From: a virus
Taxonomy: Duplodnaviria > Caudoviricetes
IMG/VR virus record: IMGVR_UViG_3300033562_001863
Span: 1 to 59,489 of that record
DNA length: 59,489 bases
Reading direction: 5' to 3' (one strand)
A program made the position numbers and the translations under genes. The notes beneath the pieces are model-generated. The model saw nothing but the letters and a program-made list of their open reading frames with translations, was not told the origin of the DNA and did not search any database. Shown piece after piece: positions 28,476 through 35,807 of the stretch. Position 1 is the first letter of the stretch. Each line of letters opens with the position of its first letter.

Positions 28476-28547
28476 GCGTTATTAGCTCAACAGTAGAGCA
28501 TTTGGCTTTTAACCAAAGGGCCGCAGGAGCGTCACCTGCATGACGCA
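28476..28547 (+). tRNA. tRNA-Lys(TTT), non-canonical D/T loops
   Basis: TTTGG-CTTTTAA-CCAAA; T-loop AGCGTCA. Confidence 0.75.
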
Positions 28548-28827
28548 TGAAAGTTTGTTATGAGAAGCGTTGAGTATGCCAACAAATCATAGAGTGAGTA
28601 TATCTTGCTGCTCCCTAATAAGGAATGGAAAAGTTGAAAGCAACTACATTTAAGTGCTGCTCTTCTGTTGTATCATAATAGGCATCCTCAACTTGCTATC
28701 GAGAGGAGAGCTTTAAACTTGTGGTGGAGAATGAGAGTTAGCTCCTTGTTAAGTTTTGAAAAAAACTTGTCTTGGAACGCTTTTGTTTTTTATTCATTAG
28801 CTAAGCTCAGGCGTAGATAGCATTCAA

Positions 28828-28898
28828 GTTCCCTTCGTCTATCGGTAGGACAGTTTGTTCTCAGCAAACAAAGATTGGTTCGACTCCAGTAGGGAATA
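28828..28898 (+). tRNA. tRNA-Glu(CTC) copy 5
   Basis: GTTTG-TTCTCAG-CAAAC. Confidence 0.85.
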
Positions 28899-28899
28899 T

Positions 28900-29211
28900 A
28901 GGCGTACTGTGGCTCATTGCTCACAGGCAAACAGCATTGGCGTAGCGAAGAGCTATACCAAGTTGCGCAAGTAGGTTTTGGTTAAGGGCTAAAAGCTGGT
29001 TGGGAGTAGTACAACTCTTGGGGCTTTAAAACAACCAGTAAAGCAAACTGTATAAGTCCCTGATTACAAATATGGTTATGTGATACAGTTTATGGAGGTA
29101 CTCAATCCTCCCCACATTAAGCAAGGTAGAGACGTTTATTTTGTGTGGTGCCTGAATAACTATTGCTTCACTCTGGCTAGCTGGTAACAAACTATCCCAG
29201 CCAGTACGCCT
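28900..29211 (+). ncRNA. candidate ~310-nt structured RNA
   Basis: Perfect AGGCGTACTG/CAGTACGCCT terminal stem bounded by tRNA-Glu copies 5 and 6. Confidence 0.55.
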
Positions 29212-29216
29212 TTTAA

Positions 29217-29287
29217 GTTCCCTTCGTCTATCGGTAGGACGGTTTGTTCTCAGCAAACAAAGATTGGTTCGACTCCAGTAGGGAATA
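29217..29287 (+). tRNA. tRNA-Glu(CTC) copy 6
   Basis: GTTTG-TTCTCAG-CAAAC. Confidence 0.85.
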
Positions 29288-29472
29288 ATAAGCCATTGGC
29301 CGCCCATTATTATCAGGGCGTGAGCTATTGGTTTTGATACGTTTGCTCAATTGCGTATCGCTGTTAAAAGCCGGTTTAATGCTGTTTTATTCCGTGGGTA
29401 ACTGCGGGTAGAATGATGTTCTATTGGCCTATAACAGTTGGGCTGTGCTATTAGAAATAATGGCACATTTAT

Positions 29473-29543
29473 GCACCGTTAGAATAGAAGTAGTTCGCAG
29501 GGTTTTCAACCCTGACAGGCGGGGGCGGTACCCGCACGGTGTA
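29473..29543 (+). tRNA. tRNA-Glu(TTC), non-canonical loops
   Basis: CAGGG-TTTTCAA-CCCTG; T-loop GGCGGTA. Confidence 0.7.
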
Positions 29544-29602
29544 TTGAACTCTAATGGCCTAGAACATTTTTAATCACCATTATATCATTTGGAGGTTCGC
29601 AG

Positions 29603-29818
29603 ATGGTTCATTTTGACTTTGTAGTAACGGACGAAGAAGCAGAAACTATTTTTGACTGTATGAACCTGGAAATAGAAAAATGCGATGACGAAGTTGATGT
29701 GATGAGTAAAGAAGAAGCTGCGCCAAACATTCAGTGGTTTTCTGACAGGAAAGGTTTCATAGATAAGCTCAAAGAAAAAATGAGCAACTATGTAGTAGAA
29801 GAAAGGGCAGTTGGATAA
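29603..29818 (+). CDS. hypothetical protein, paralog of 19570-19854
   Basis: GGAGG RBS; shared N-terminus. Confidence 0.65.
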   Translation: MVHFDFVVTDEEAETIFDCMNLEIEKCDDEVDVMSKEEAAPNIQWFSDRKGFIDKLKEKMSNYVVEERAVG

Positions 29819-29829
29819 ACGTATAACAT

Positions 29830-29901
29830 TGCCTTTTAGTTCAGAGGTAGAATAATGGTCTTTGAAGCCATTTGTCGCTGGTTCGAATCCAGCAAAGGCA
29901 A
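29830..29901 (+). tRNA. tRNA-Gln(TTG)
   Basis: ATGGT-CTTTGAA-GCCAT. Confidence 0.85.
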
Positions 29902-29956
29902 AAGAAAAAATAAAACAGATATTCAAAAGAAGAATATCAGAAAGGAGTGTTGCCAT

Positions 29957-30481
29957 ATGATATATTTTAGTTCAGATTGGCACCTTGGCCACTCCAATAT
30001 AATAAAGTTCTGTGACCGTCCCTTCTCTTCAACAGGAGAAATGGATAAAGCTATTCTGGATAGATACTGCGAAACAGTAAAACCAGAAGATACATTTTAT
30101 TTTCTTGGTGACTTTTCTTGGTATAACTGGAAAAGAAACTATGAAATCTGGAGTTCTCTCCCTGGAACCAAATATTTTATAAAGGGAAACCATGACAAGG
30201 ATGTAGATGAGTTTATAGACACATCCACCATAAGCAACATATGGGTTGAAAAAAACCCAGTAACTCTTTGCCATTATCCTATGCTATCATGGGATAAAAG
30301 CCATTTCGGGGCAATCCAGTTATACGGCCACCATCACACATTGGATACGAATAGTATTTTTCCAGGCAAGAGAATAAATGTAGCTTGCGACAAATGGGAC
30401 TTCAGGCCAGTTTCTTGGGATACTATAAAGCGTGTAGCAGATAAACTTCCAAACAACTGGGACTATATAGAGGGAAGATAG
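29957..30481 (+). CDS. calcineurin-like phosphoesterase (phage type)
   Basis: SDWHLGH, LGD, GNHD, CHYP, GHHH; ATG 29957 after AGGAG. Confidence 0.9.
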   Translation: MIYFSSDWHLGHSNIIKFCDRPFSSTGEMDKAILDRYCETVKPEDTFYFLGDFSWYNWKRNYEIWSSLPGTKYFIKGNHDKDVDEFIDTSTISNIWVEKNPVTLCHYPMLSWDKSHFGAIQLYGHHHTLDTNSIFPGKRINVACDKWDFRPVSWDTIKRVADKLPNNWDYIEGR

Positions 30482-30483
30482 TT

Positions 30484-30696
30484 ATGGATTATTCTATCGG
30501 TGAAAAAGTAGAATGTATCACAGATTTACATCCCTATATAAATAAAGGTTCTATTGGAAGAGTAATAGTTGTTGGTAGTATTATGTCAAGTATGGAAGTA
30601 GTTTTTTTAGATGTTTTGAAAGGTAAACCCATAGATTGGATATACGCTATACACATTAAAAAAACTATTCCAAAGCAACTTGAGTTTTCTTTTTGA
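30484..30696 (+). CDS. small SH3-like protein ending QLEFSF
   Basis: YSIGEKV..G..G.V. Confidence 0.7.
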   Translation: MDYSIGEKVECITDLHPYINKGSIGRVIVVGSIMSSMEVVFLDVLKGKPIDWIYAIHIKKTIPKQLEFSF

Positions 30697-30708
30697 AAGG
30701 TAAATAGC

Positions 30709-31209
30709 ATGGGTTTAAAGCATTGGTATAGATGGAATATACATACTCCAGTAAGACATTTTTTTGGGTTGAAAGCAAAGACAGATTGGATAGATGCTTA
30801 CTCTCATATGGCAAAAAAGATGCTCCCTTATCTCTATGATTTTAGGGATAATGAGAAGATGGGAACTCCTGTTTTTGACGAACCAAAATGTTGTATTGAT
30901 GAAACAAAAGAGCAAGCACAAACCAGAGAAGATAAATGGAAGCATATTATTGATGAAATAATCTTTGCTCTTGAATATTGCACTGGTGACAACGATGATG
31001 ATTGCCAAGTTCCAAATCTACTTTATAACCCCAACCAAAAAGAGTTCTTCAAAAGCACTCCTGTAGGTGAAGATGGAACATCGGCGCTTGAGTTCAATGA
31101 GGATTATGGAGCTACAAAAATAGACATAGAGCTTCTTAAAAAGAAAAATGAACGTGTTCAGAATGGCTTGAAACTAATGGGCGAATACTTTATGAACCTT
31201 TGGGATTGA
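30709..31209 (+). CDS. hypothetical protein
   Basis: W..IIDEIIFA...GLKLMGEYF.NLWD pattern seen in phage proteins. Confidence 0.65.
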   Translation: MGLKHWYRWNIHTPVRHFFGLKAKTDWIDAYSHMAKKMLPYLYDFRDNEKMGTPVFDEPKCCIDETKEQAQTREDKWKHIIDEIIFALEYCTGDNDDDCQVPNLLYNPNQKEFFKSTPVGEDGTSALEFNEDYGATKIDIELLKKKNERVQNGLKLMGEYFMNLWD

Positions 31210-31256
31210 AAGCGATGTAGCGACTGACGGTATATCCTTTTTATTTCATAAACTAC

Positions 31257-31285
31257 TTGACAAAGTTTTTTGTTTAGTGTATAAT
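31257..31285 (+). promoter_or_regulatory. sigma70-type promoter
   Basis: TTGACA-N17-TATAAT. Confidence 0.8.
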
Positions 31286-31290
31286 AATAG

Positions 31291-31582
31291 TACGGACAAT
31301 ATGGGAAGTTGGCTTAGAAGCAGCCATCTTATAATGAGTGAGGCATCGCGTTTTTGTCAGAGGGTTGAGTTCCAATAAGCCTACAGCTAAATATGAGCTA
31401 GGGGCGTAGTAAAGCTACAGATTGAATATAGTGAAGCCAAGTGGAAAGCTATATGCTGGTAATAAGTAGTTATTGGAGTAGTCTCACAAGACGAACGTTT
31501 TGGACGAAGGTAGTAGGGAGGCACCCCGTAAATGGTAAGGCTTAGCTCCTCTTTGGCGTAATAGCACACCATGTTGTCTGTA
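31291..31582 (+). ncRNA. RNA containing a mimic of 23S rRNA H43/H44 (L11-binding GTPase-associated centre)
   Basis: GTTGGCTTAGAAGCAGCCATC (31308-31328) and GCGTAATAGC (31556-31565); 14-bp terminal stem. Confidence 0.75.
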
Positions 31583-31589
31583 TTTTTTT

Positions 31590-31660
31590 GGATGTGTAGT
31601 GTAGTGGTAACACGCAAGCTTGTCGCGCTTGTATCGGGAGTTCGATCCTCCCTACGTCCG
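31590..31660 (+). tRNA. tRNA-Asp(GTC)
   Basis: CAAGC-TTGTCGC-GCTTG. Confidence 0.85.
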
Positions 31661-31663
31661 AAT

Positions 31664-31780
31664 ATGCCTCTGGCCAAGGATTCGTAGATCTCCTTAGCAG
31701 GCTCAAGTAGCAATACTTGACTGTACATAATTGAGGGCGCATCGTAGGGCGCTGACAGTCGGGAAGATAAAGACCGGCAT
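31664..31780 (+). ncRNA. candidate small structured RNA
   Basis: ATGCC/GGCAT closure, several hairpins, T-run after. Confidence 0.4.
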
Positions 31781-31799
31781 CTTTTTTAAAAGAATAAAT

Positions 31800-31922
31800 A
31801 GAGGTATGGTGTAATGGAAAAATAGTGCATGAAGCCACCGTCAAAAGAACTAGGTTAGGTTTCAGCATTAAACACACCGAGGCTGGTCTTCGGAGTTTTG
31901 GGTTCGATTCCTGATATCTCTG
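31800..31922 (+). tRNA. tRNA-like RNA with ~45-nt hairpin inserted in D-loop; atypical anticodon loop
   Basis: AGAGGTA/TATCTCT acceptor, GTGT/ACAC D-stem, TTCGATT T-loop; loop GCTGGTC. Confidence 0.55.
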
Positions 31923-31930
31923 ATTTTCAT

Positions 31931-32004
31931 AGCGGGTTAGAGCAGTGGTAGCTCGGGGGTCTCATAAGCCCTGTCTGTCAGTGGTTCGAACCCACTACCC
32001 GCTA
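31931..32004 (+). tRNA. tRNA-Met(CAT), initiator-like
   Basis: GGGGT-CTCATAA-GCCCT. Confidence 0.8.
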
Positions 32005-32069
32005 ACAGGTAAATGTGGATTAGTAGATGGTACCATCTGAAATCTAGGTTCGATTCCTAGGTACCTGTC
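32005..32069 (+). ncRNA. truncated tRNA-like element without anticodon loop
   Basis: ACAGGTA/TACCTGT stem; CTAGG-TTCGATT-CCTAG; palindromic AGATGGTACCATCT. Confidence 0.45.
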
Positions 32070-32077
32070 TTTTTTAT

Positions 32078-32153
32078 GCGGGTATATCCCCTCACTCTGA
32101 TAAGGTGTTGAAAGGGTAGTCGGTGCAGGGACGTTCAATTCGTCCAACCCGCA
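32078..32153 (+). tRNA. rearranged tRNA-like RNA, Ile(GAT)
   Basis: No D-arm 5' of anticodon; CACT-CTGATAA-GGTG; TAGTCGGT placed 3' of anticodon arm. Confidence 0.55.
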
Positions 32154-32170
32154 CTTTTAGTGAAAAAAAT

Positions 32171-32256
32171 GGCTTTGTGGCGGAACTGGAAGACGCAGCA
32201 GATTCAAAACCTGCCACACATAAAAGAGTGTATGGGTTCGAATCCCATCAAAGCTA
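32171..32256 (+). tRNA. tRNA-Leu(CAA)
   Basis: Loop TTCAAAA; long variable arm. Confidence 0.8.
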
Positions 32257-32284
32257 TAGATTATTATTTTTAAGGGGGACAAAA

Positions 32285-32494
32285 ATGGCAAGCAACAGTT
32301 CAGGTGGATTTGGCTTTACAGGGCTTTTGACGGTAGCATTTATTGTCTTAAAGCTTTCTGGTAAGATTGCTTGGAGTTGGCTGTGGGTACTAAGCCCAAC
32401 TTTAATCTCGGTTGCTGTAGGAGTTGTGATTTTTATCGCAATCGCAATTGAGAATAATCGCTGGTACGATAGAAAAAGTAAAAAATACAGGTAA
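32285..32494 (+). CDS. small two-TM membrane protein
   Basis: GGFGFTGLLTVAFIVLKL..I.WSWLWVLSP; ATG 32285. Confidence 0.75.
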   Translation: MASNSSGGFGFTGLLTVAFIVLKLSGKIAWSWLWVLSPTLISVAVGVVIFIAIAIENNRWYDRKSKKYR

Positions 32495-32501
32495 AGTATA
32501 G

Positions 32502-32575
32502 GGGCCTATAGACCAACGGCAGGAGTCACAAGTTTTAGACACTTGGTAGTTTGAGTTCGAATCTCAATAGGCCCA
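32502..32575 (+). tRNA. tRNA-Leu(TAG), short variable region
   Basis: CAAGT-TTTAGAC-ACTTG. Confidence 0.75.
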
Positions 32576-32599
32576 GTTTATTATTATAGATTTGAATAG

Positions 32600-32673
32600 G
32601 GGCTTGTAGCTTATCTAGCAGAAGCACCTGATTTGCAATCAGGATATAGTCGGGGCAGCACCGATCAGGTCCA
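32600..32673 (+). tRNA. tRNA-Ala(TGC), non-canonical T-loop
   Basis: G3.U70; CCTGA-TTTGCAA-TCAGG; T-loop GGCAGCA. Confidence 0.75.
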
Positions 32674-32710
32674 ATAAAAAGATATTATATAAGTTTCACG
32701 TTTCTAACAA

Positions 32711-32786
32711 CAGGGTGTATCTCAACAGTCTTCTAAACTGTAGCCGAGTAAATGGATCAATGCAGGTTCGATTCCTGTCTCCCTGA
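32711..32786 (+). tRNA. rearranged tRNA-like RNA, Arg(TCT)
   Basis: ACAGT-CTTCTAA-ACTGT enclosed by CTC/GAG; GG loop 3' of it; canonical T-arm. Confidence 0.55.
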
Positions 32787-32801
32787 TTAAAAGGATACTT
32801 C

Positions 32802-33179
32802 ATGAAAGAAAAGTATATTAAAGCTCTAGAGTTTTTAAAGCGCCCTGGTTATTCATATACCAATTTTCAAAGCAAGTATTTAGACCATTGCAATATTTTT
32901 AACCTTAAACTGTTTTTTACAGAAGATCCAAGAAATGAACATATTTACACTGATTTCAATGTAGAATCTATTTGGAAAAAATATAATAGATTTTGTCTTG
33001 AAATATTTCCTAATATTATGGAAAAAACTTATGATATAGAAACGAAAAGAAATCAGATGTTTAGCAGTGTTTATGAAAAAATGGGTATAAGGTTAAGTGA
33101 TTTATCTATAGAAAGTATTAACTTGATTTTGAATATTTTTTACGATAAAGAAGATAAGCAACTATATTTTGATTTTTAA
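32802..33179 (+). CDS. hypothetical protein ending QLYFDF
   Basis: ORF; tail motif. Confidence 0.7.
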   Translation: MKEKYIKALEFLKRPGYSYTNFQSKYLDHCNIFNLKLFFTEDPRNEHIYTDFNVESIWKKYNRFCLEIFPNIMEKTYDIETKRNQMFSSVYEKMGIRLSDLSIESINLILNIFYDKEDKQLYFDF

Positions 33180-33189
33180 GGGGTAAATA

Positions 33190-33420
33190 ATGGATGTAGA
33201 TGATGTTCTCAACGAGAGCTTCTATGTAGAGCAGCTTATGGCAGAAGATTAAGTTTTGGTTTTAAAAAACTTATTCTATGATTTTCTTACTGCTTGTAAA
33301 GAAAGTGAGGAAGAACCAAGAAAAAGTTATAGTGGTATAATAATAGACGATGACGGAGAAGAAGTTTTTGACGAGCTTGCCTATTTGACTTATTGGGATG
33401 GCTTAGATCAGGAACTTTAA
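33190..33420 (+). pseudogene. acidic ORF interrupted by in-frame TAA at 33250
   Basis: MDVDDVLNESFYVEQLMAED*VLVLKNLFYDF...DQEL* in one frame. Confidence 0.45.
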
Positions 33421-33679
33421 TATATATAAAAACCAGCACCATTCAGGAAAAGGTGAAAGGGTTCTAGATCTATCCTCAGTGAAGGTAGGCAGATAAATAT
33501 GACCTGAAAGGACTTGCGAGGCTGTTATCCGCAATATCCTGTTGGACTGCCCAAACTAAAAAAGTATATCCAGGGATGGTAAGTATCGGGCAGGTCATCT
33601 TATTAGCCATATATGTGGTACGCCGCTTTACAGCGACGTGGCTTGAAATAGTTAGCCGACAGTAGGGTGATAAAAAAGA

Positions 33680-33754
33680 GCTGGGAAAGTTTTTCAGGTA
33701 AAAACATACGGCTATCTTGTCGTAAGAATGTCAGTTCAACCCTGACTTCTAGCT
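33680..33754 (+). tRNA. tRNA-like RNA with 8-nt anticodon loop (undetermined)
   Basis: GCTGGGA/TTCTAGC acceptor; TACGG-CTATCTTG-TCGTA; GTCAG-TTCAACC-CTGAC. Confidence 0.5.
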
Positions 33755-33773
33755 TAAAATATAAGGGGATGCT

Positions 33774-34211
33774 ATGGGTTTTTCTATTATTATGTTTTTG
33801 ACAACAATGGCTGGTATGATTTATATTATTAAAAAAAATAATAATATAAATGCTTTTTATTTCATACTTATTCCAGTATTCATAACTATACTTATTATTA
33901 TTTTTACTTTTGCAGAGGGAGTTGGCAAAGGGTTTTTTGAAATAGAGAGAATACCAGTTGTAGAAAATATGTATGAGGGAAAATATCTTTTTAAAAGAGA
34001 TGTTGATGGCGGCTATTCTGTTTTAGAAAAAAGCAACAATAGTCTCGTCTATACTAAAATAATAAATGTTGATAAAGACAGTTCATATTCTCCAGATGAT
34101 AAACTGTATTTCATAGTATATGAAACTAAAGTTTCAAAGAGTGATTTTTTTAGAATAGGTGTAAAATCATTTAAACTAAAAGAATATTCCTTCAGTAGGA
34201 TAAAGAAATGA
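33774..34211 (+). CDS. membrane protein
   Basis: Two N-terminal TM segments. Confidence 0.6.
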   Translation: MGFSIIMFLTTMAGMIYIIKKNNNINAFYFILIPVFITILIIIFTFAEGVGKGFFEIERIPVVENMYEGKYLFKRDVDGGYSVLEKSNNSLVYTKIINVDKDSSYSPDDKLYFIVYETKVSKSDFFRIGVKSFKLKEYSFSRIKK

Positions 34212-34546
34212 AAGTAATAGTAGCAGGTGGAAGAAACTTTGAGCCAAAAAGCGAACACAAAAAATGGCTTAAAGAAACAATAAAAAAACTAAATGCTACT
34301 GAAATAGTTTGTGGTATGGCAAAAGGCGCTGATTTCTTTGGCTATGAAGTAGCCAAAGAAATGTATATTCCAGTAAAAGAGTTTCCAGCAAAATGGGCTT
34401 TGTTTGGTAAAGGTGCTGGATACTTAAGAAATGAGGATATGGCGCAATATGCTGATGCCTGTATATTATTTCCTGGAGGAAAGGGAACCGCTATAATGGA
34501 AATATTAGCAGCAAGATATAAACTGACTATCGTAAAATGGGAGTAA
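34208..34546 (+). CDS. SLOG (YspA/DUF2493) family protein
   Basis: VAGGRNF, GMAKGAD, AGYLRN..MA, FPGGKGT. Confidence 0.85.
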   Translation: MKVIVAGGRNFEPKSEHKKWLKETIKKLNATEIVCGMAKGADFFGYEVAKEMYIPVKEFPAKWALFGKGAGYLRNEDMAQYADACILFPGGKGTAIMEILAARYKLTIVKWE

Positions 34547-34551
34547 TCTTC

Positions 34552-34580
34552 TTTACAAAGTTTTAGTTCTATATTATAAT
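34552..34580 (+). promoter_or_regulatory. sigma70-type promoter
   Basis: TTTACA-N17-TATAAT. Confidence 0.7.
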
Positions 34581-34586
34581 ATATAC

Positions 34587-35255
34587 ATGGGGGAACAAAT
34601 GACTTATTTTTTTAGAAGATTATTCGGTGTAAAAAGTAATAGAACGAAGAACAAGATTATTACTTCTATGGATAAACTCAAAGCATCTGGAATAAAGCCC
34701 CCTTTTGTTTTTACTGTATTTGATACAGAGACAAATGGCCTTAATGCCAGAGACGGAGTTCTTTCTGTTTCTGCTGAAAAATGGTTTTTTGACGGTATTT
34801 CATACACACAGATTGGAACTTTTGAAAGGTTCTATTTTCCAAAATGGTTCCTTAATAAAAAAGCAATAGCAGTCAATGGCCTTAATAGAAAAGAGATTAG
34901 AAAAAGAAGAAAGGGACATAATTGGCCACGACTTTGGTATAAAGACATTGGCTCCCTTGCTTCTTTTATAGGAGCAGACACGGATGTGATAGTAGGGCAT
35001 AATGTGAATTTCGACCGTAAATTCTATAGATTCATGGATAACCGAAGATTATTCTGCACTATGTTTTCAAACATTAAAAAAGTAAATAGAAGAAATGAAA
35101 ATGGCAAGCTCATAGTTCCTAAACTAATAGGAACTGCCGAAGCTTATGAGATAAAAGTAGAAGAAGAAAAACTACATTTTTCATACTATGATGTGCATCT
35201 CACTGTAGAGGTTTTCAAGAAAATGGTAGATGAAAGTTTTATTCCAATATTTTAA
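34587..35255 (+). CDS. DEDDh 3'-5' exonuclease (DnaQ-like)
   Basis: FDTETNG, GHNVNFD, LH....DV. Confidence 0.85.
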   Translation: MGEQMTYFFRRLFGVKSNRTKNKIITSMDKLKASGIKPPFVFTVFDTETNGLNARDGVLSVSAEKWFFDGISYTQIGTFERFYFPKWFLNKKAIAVNGLNRKEIRKRRKGHNWPRLWYKDIGSLASFIGADTDVIVGHNVNFDRKFYRFMDNRRLFCTMFSNIKKVNRRNENGKLIVPKLIGTAEAYEIKVEEEKLHFSYYDVHLTVEVFKKMVDESFIPIF

Positions 35256-35282
35256 CAATAGAAACGGAGAAGAAATGAGAGT

Positions 35283-35807
35283 ATGATTAAAGAAATATTT
35301 ATAAATACTATCAGGGGTGACATTTCCCTTAAAAAGGAACAAAGCAAAAAAGAAACTGGTAGTTTTGCGGAACTATTAGGTTTTCCAAGCGTTCAAAGTT
35401 TTTCTATAAAGCTCGGTAACACAATAGAAAGTTGTTTCAGGAACTATGTTTTATCAAAAGGTATTGTTTTATCTAAGGGTTCTTTGGGCGGGCATCAAAT
35501 AGATTTGCTCTTTGAGTATGAAGATACAAAGTATTATTTTGAAATAAAAAATAATGTAAATCTTGATACAGAAAAATCTATAGCTGTTGTAAAAAAAATA
35601 ACTGATATGTGGAAATACGCAGATATATCTGCTTGTCTTTCTTTTAGAAAAGCAACGAATGAAGAGTTCTCAAGGTTTTCAAAACCTATTTTACAACCAT
35701 ACATATATGGGTATAACGACTTCTTTGATATATTTGGAGATTATCTGCCGGAAGCAGATTTTAATGAAATAATAGAAGAAATACTAGCCGTTTTTGAAGG
35801 TTCCTGA
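35283..35807 (+). CDS. putative PD-(D/E)xK restriction endonuclease
   Basis: IDLLF...YFEIK..NLDTEK; coupled to MTase. Confidence 0.6.
   Translation: MIKEIFINTIRGDISLKKEQSKKETGSFAELLGFPSVQSFSIKLGNTIESCFRNYVLSKGIVLSKGSLGGHQIDLLFEYEDTKYYFEIKNNVNLDTEKSIAVVKKITDMWKYADISACLSFRKATNEEFSRFSKPILQPYIYGYNDFFDIFGDYLPEADFNEIIEEILAVFEGS

Noticed and set aside
27322-29287. tRNA-Glu repeats as a CRISPR array
   Set aside because: Repeats are 71-nt cloverleaves, spacers are 150-450 nt and irregular, and no cas genes are present
31291-31582. True rRNA gene or host contamination
   Set aside because: Only two short H43/H44 segments match; the flanks are a phage promoter and tRNAs
27444-32284. ORFs overlapping tRNAs (27444, 28030, 29026, 31387, 31542; 5' extensions of 29855, 32123, 38344, 39188, 39676)
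   Set aside because: They overlap clear tRNA or ncRNA structures; better downstream starts exist where a real gene follows
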